A stretch of DNA of 64,000 nt from a virus. A model generated the notes under the pieces. That model saw nothing but the letters and a program-made list of their open reading frames with translations, searched no databases and was not told the DNA's origin. Location of the stretch: positions 12,818 to 76,817 of the IMG/VR virus record IMGVR_UViG_3300035698_024626. One strand, 5' to 3'. Positions 62,216-64,000 of this stretch are shown here, piece by piece. The number at the start of each line of letters is the position of its first letter. The stretch's first letter is position 1. A program made the translations under genes and the position numbers.

Positions 62216-62755
62216 ATGGCTAAGAAAATAATAGAGATATGGAAAGACATCCCTGAGTATGAAAAACTTTATCAGATTTCTACCGTAGGACGAGTCAAAA
62301 GGATATCTCGGGGACCGGGTATTCGTCAAGGAAGAATCCTCAAGTCAGATATAAGCAACTGCAACTATCTATATGTTAGACTATATCTTCACGGTCGAGC
62401 AAAAAGATTCTCCATCCACAGACTAGTCTTAACAACTTTCGTAGGACAATGTCCACCCAATCACGAATGCAGACATCTAGATGGAAATCGCCAAAACAAT
62501 TACTTAAACAATTTAATGTGGGGAACACACCTAGAAAATGTACAAGATTGCCACAGACATGGACATTATAAAGGTCTTTCTGGGTCAAAAAACCCAATGT
62601 CTAAATTAAACATATCACAGGTTAAATCTATCATAGAGATGTCTAAACCAGGAAGAAACGGCAACACAGGTAAAAAGTTATCCTATCAAACGATAGCTGA
62701 TCTCTTCAGGATCGGCAGGCAAGAGGTATCGTTGATATCCAGAAGGAAAAGATAG
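62216..62755 (+). CDS. NUMOD4-HNH homing endonuclease
   Basis: EIWKDIPEYEKLYQISTVGRVK; IHRLVL...CRHLDGNRQNNYLNNL; paralogue of 13244..13765. Confidence 0.9.
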   Translation: MAKKIIEIWKDIPEYEKLYQISTVGRVKRISRGPGIRQGRILKSDISNCNYLYVRLYLHGRAKRFSIHRLVLTTFVGQCPPNHECRHLDGNRQNNYLNNLMWGTHLENVQDCHRHGHYKGLSGSKNPMSKLNISQVKSIIEMSKPGRNGNTGKKLSYQTIADLFRIGRQEVSLISRRKR

Positions 62756-62771
62756 AGGCATGTGAAAACAA

Positions 62772-63638
62772 ATGAATAGCCTATTGAACAGAAAACAAAC
62801 AAAAAAATTTATTATAGCGAAATTTATCTCAATGCGGCCTGGAATGGGTATCAACAGAGTCTCAAAAGAATCCCTTGATGTACTAGAAGCTCGTCTTAGA
62901 GCAATTATCATAGAAGAAGTGCGTATTTGTCCATCAATAGGGAAAACATTCAAATTATAATCGATTAGGAGAAAGTACAGAAGTCTGGTACTGCAAAAAG
63001 GTTTTGAAAATCAAACTAGTTTGGCCTGCGGGGTATCGGTTAGTGGAAAAGAAAACCAGACAACGAACGTTGCATCAAATCATCATTGGTTGTCTAAAAG
63101 AAACAATCCGTGTTCATGGTCCTATAAATAGTCGCCTAGTAAGTTCCGCAGCAAAGCGGATTGCTGGTACGCTAAATGCTAGAAGAAAGGAGAAAAGAAA
63201 ATGATTATGAATGAAAAACAAGCCAATGTTATTTTTGACATTCTTGTCGCTAAATGTGGCGCAATAGAATATGATCGTCGATCCTTTGTCTGTCATATAT
63301 CTAGTGGATGCAAAGAGTTTCGTTTCGGCGGAAATCTTGGATTTGGTGGCAAGTTTTGGTCAGATGAGATGCGTGTTGATTATTACCAAGAAGATCGAAC
63401 ACCAAAACGAGAATCCATTGTAAAAACCACCAATGCGAGGCTTGTTCAACTCAAAGTCGGCTTGACAACAACAGTAGGTGAACTTAAAGCAGCTATCTCA
63501 GAATTACCCGATAATATGCCAGTACAAGGATATGACGGATCAAATAGGGAGCATCCCGTCATTGTCTTTGTACACGGTTATTTCGATGTGGACTCAGATG
63601 TTAAATCACCACCGACTCTCATTGTTAGCGTAGACTAA
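62772..63638 (+). other. Three small hypothetical genes (62772-62960, 63004-63204, 63201-63638)
   Basis: Co-oriented ORFs; the last has EFRFGGNLGFGGKFW plus a TVGELKAAISELPD domain. Confidence 0.55.
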
Positions 63639-64000
63639 TTTTAGACAGAAATCCAACAACTACTTTGTCAGTTCTAAAAATCGTGTATCAGAAAAGACGC
63701 GTAAGGCACAGAGATAAAGGGGTAGTGAAAAAATTCTGTGATTTTCCAGATTTTGTTGGAGCGCTTTTGGCAAAAAGGAACTGTTATAAAGGTACAGACG
63801 TATACTATCTACTCGCTTTGACTTGCTCACAGATTTTACGACAAAAAAACATTGGTGTGATGGATTATACTGGTGGTAAACAATCTCCACAGAATTTCCT
63901 TGTCTAGCATCTTTCCCGAATCGGAGTCACCAGTATATTGCAACGACTAAAGTCTCAATGAACACATGATAATAGATACAAAAAGTGCATAAAAATAATC

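Noticed and set aside
1-64000. Alternative genetic code or introns/inteins
   Set aside because: Recognisable genes (ligA, AAA, ClpP, TnpB) are full length and uninterrupted in the standard code, and TAA, TAG and TGA all serve as stops.

Overview
This 64 kb window looks like part of a large lytic (jumbo-type) bacteriophage genome. It has dense short ORFs, at least six free-standing HNH-type endonucleases, a phage sigma factor, ClpP, an NAD-dependent ligase and nucleotide-metabolism enzymes, but no virion genes and no rRNA. The ubiquitin-like and AAA/DUF1257/DUF2997 gene set suggests a Planctomycetota-like host; this is inferred from recalled gene neighbourhoods, not a search. Transcription diverges at about 20.2-20.5 kb. 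Main points: (1) A 3.3 kb domain (20.3-23.6 kb) is saturated with the 9-mer TTATNGGAC (about 37 exact and about 70 near copies by manual count). The motif runs through coding sequence, forms terminator arms and surrounds three near-consensus sigma70 promoters. (2) Next to it is a 1.3-1.7 kb GC-rich, apparently non-coding, highly base-paired region, a candidate large ncRNA; several smaller structured islands occur elsewhere. (3) The phage encodes a complete ubiquitin-like conjugation set: Ubl ending DG-AVVL, an E2 with a 39-Cys tail, a JAB peptidase and a ThiF/E1. A dispersed AAA-ATPase/DUF3150/DUF1257/DUF2997 module lies downstream. (4) Two catalytically intact TnpB nucleases each keep only the last ~30 codons of tnpA. 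All calls come from motif recognition by eye; no searches or folding computations were run.
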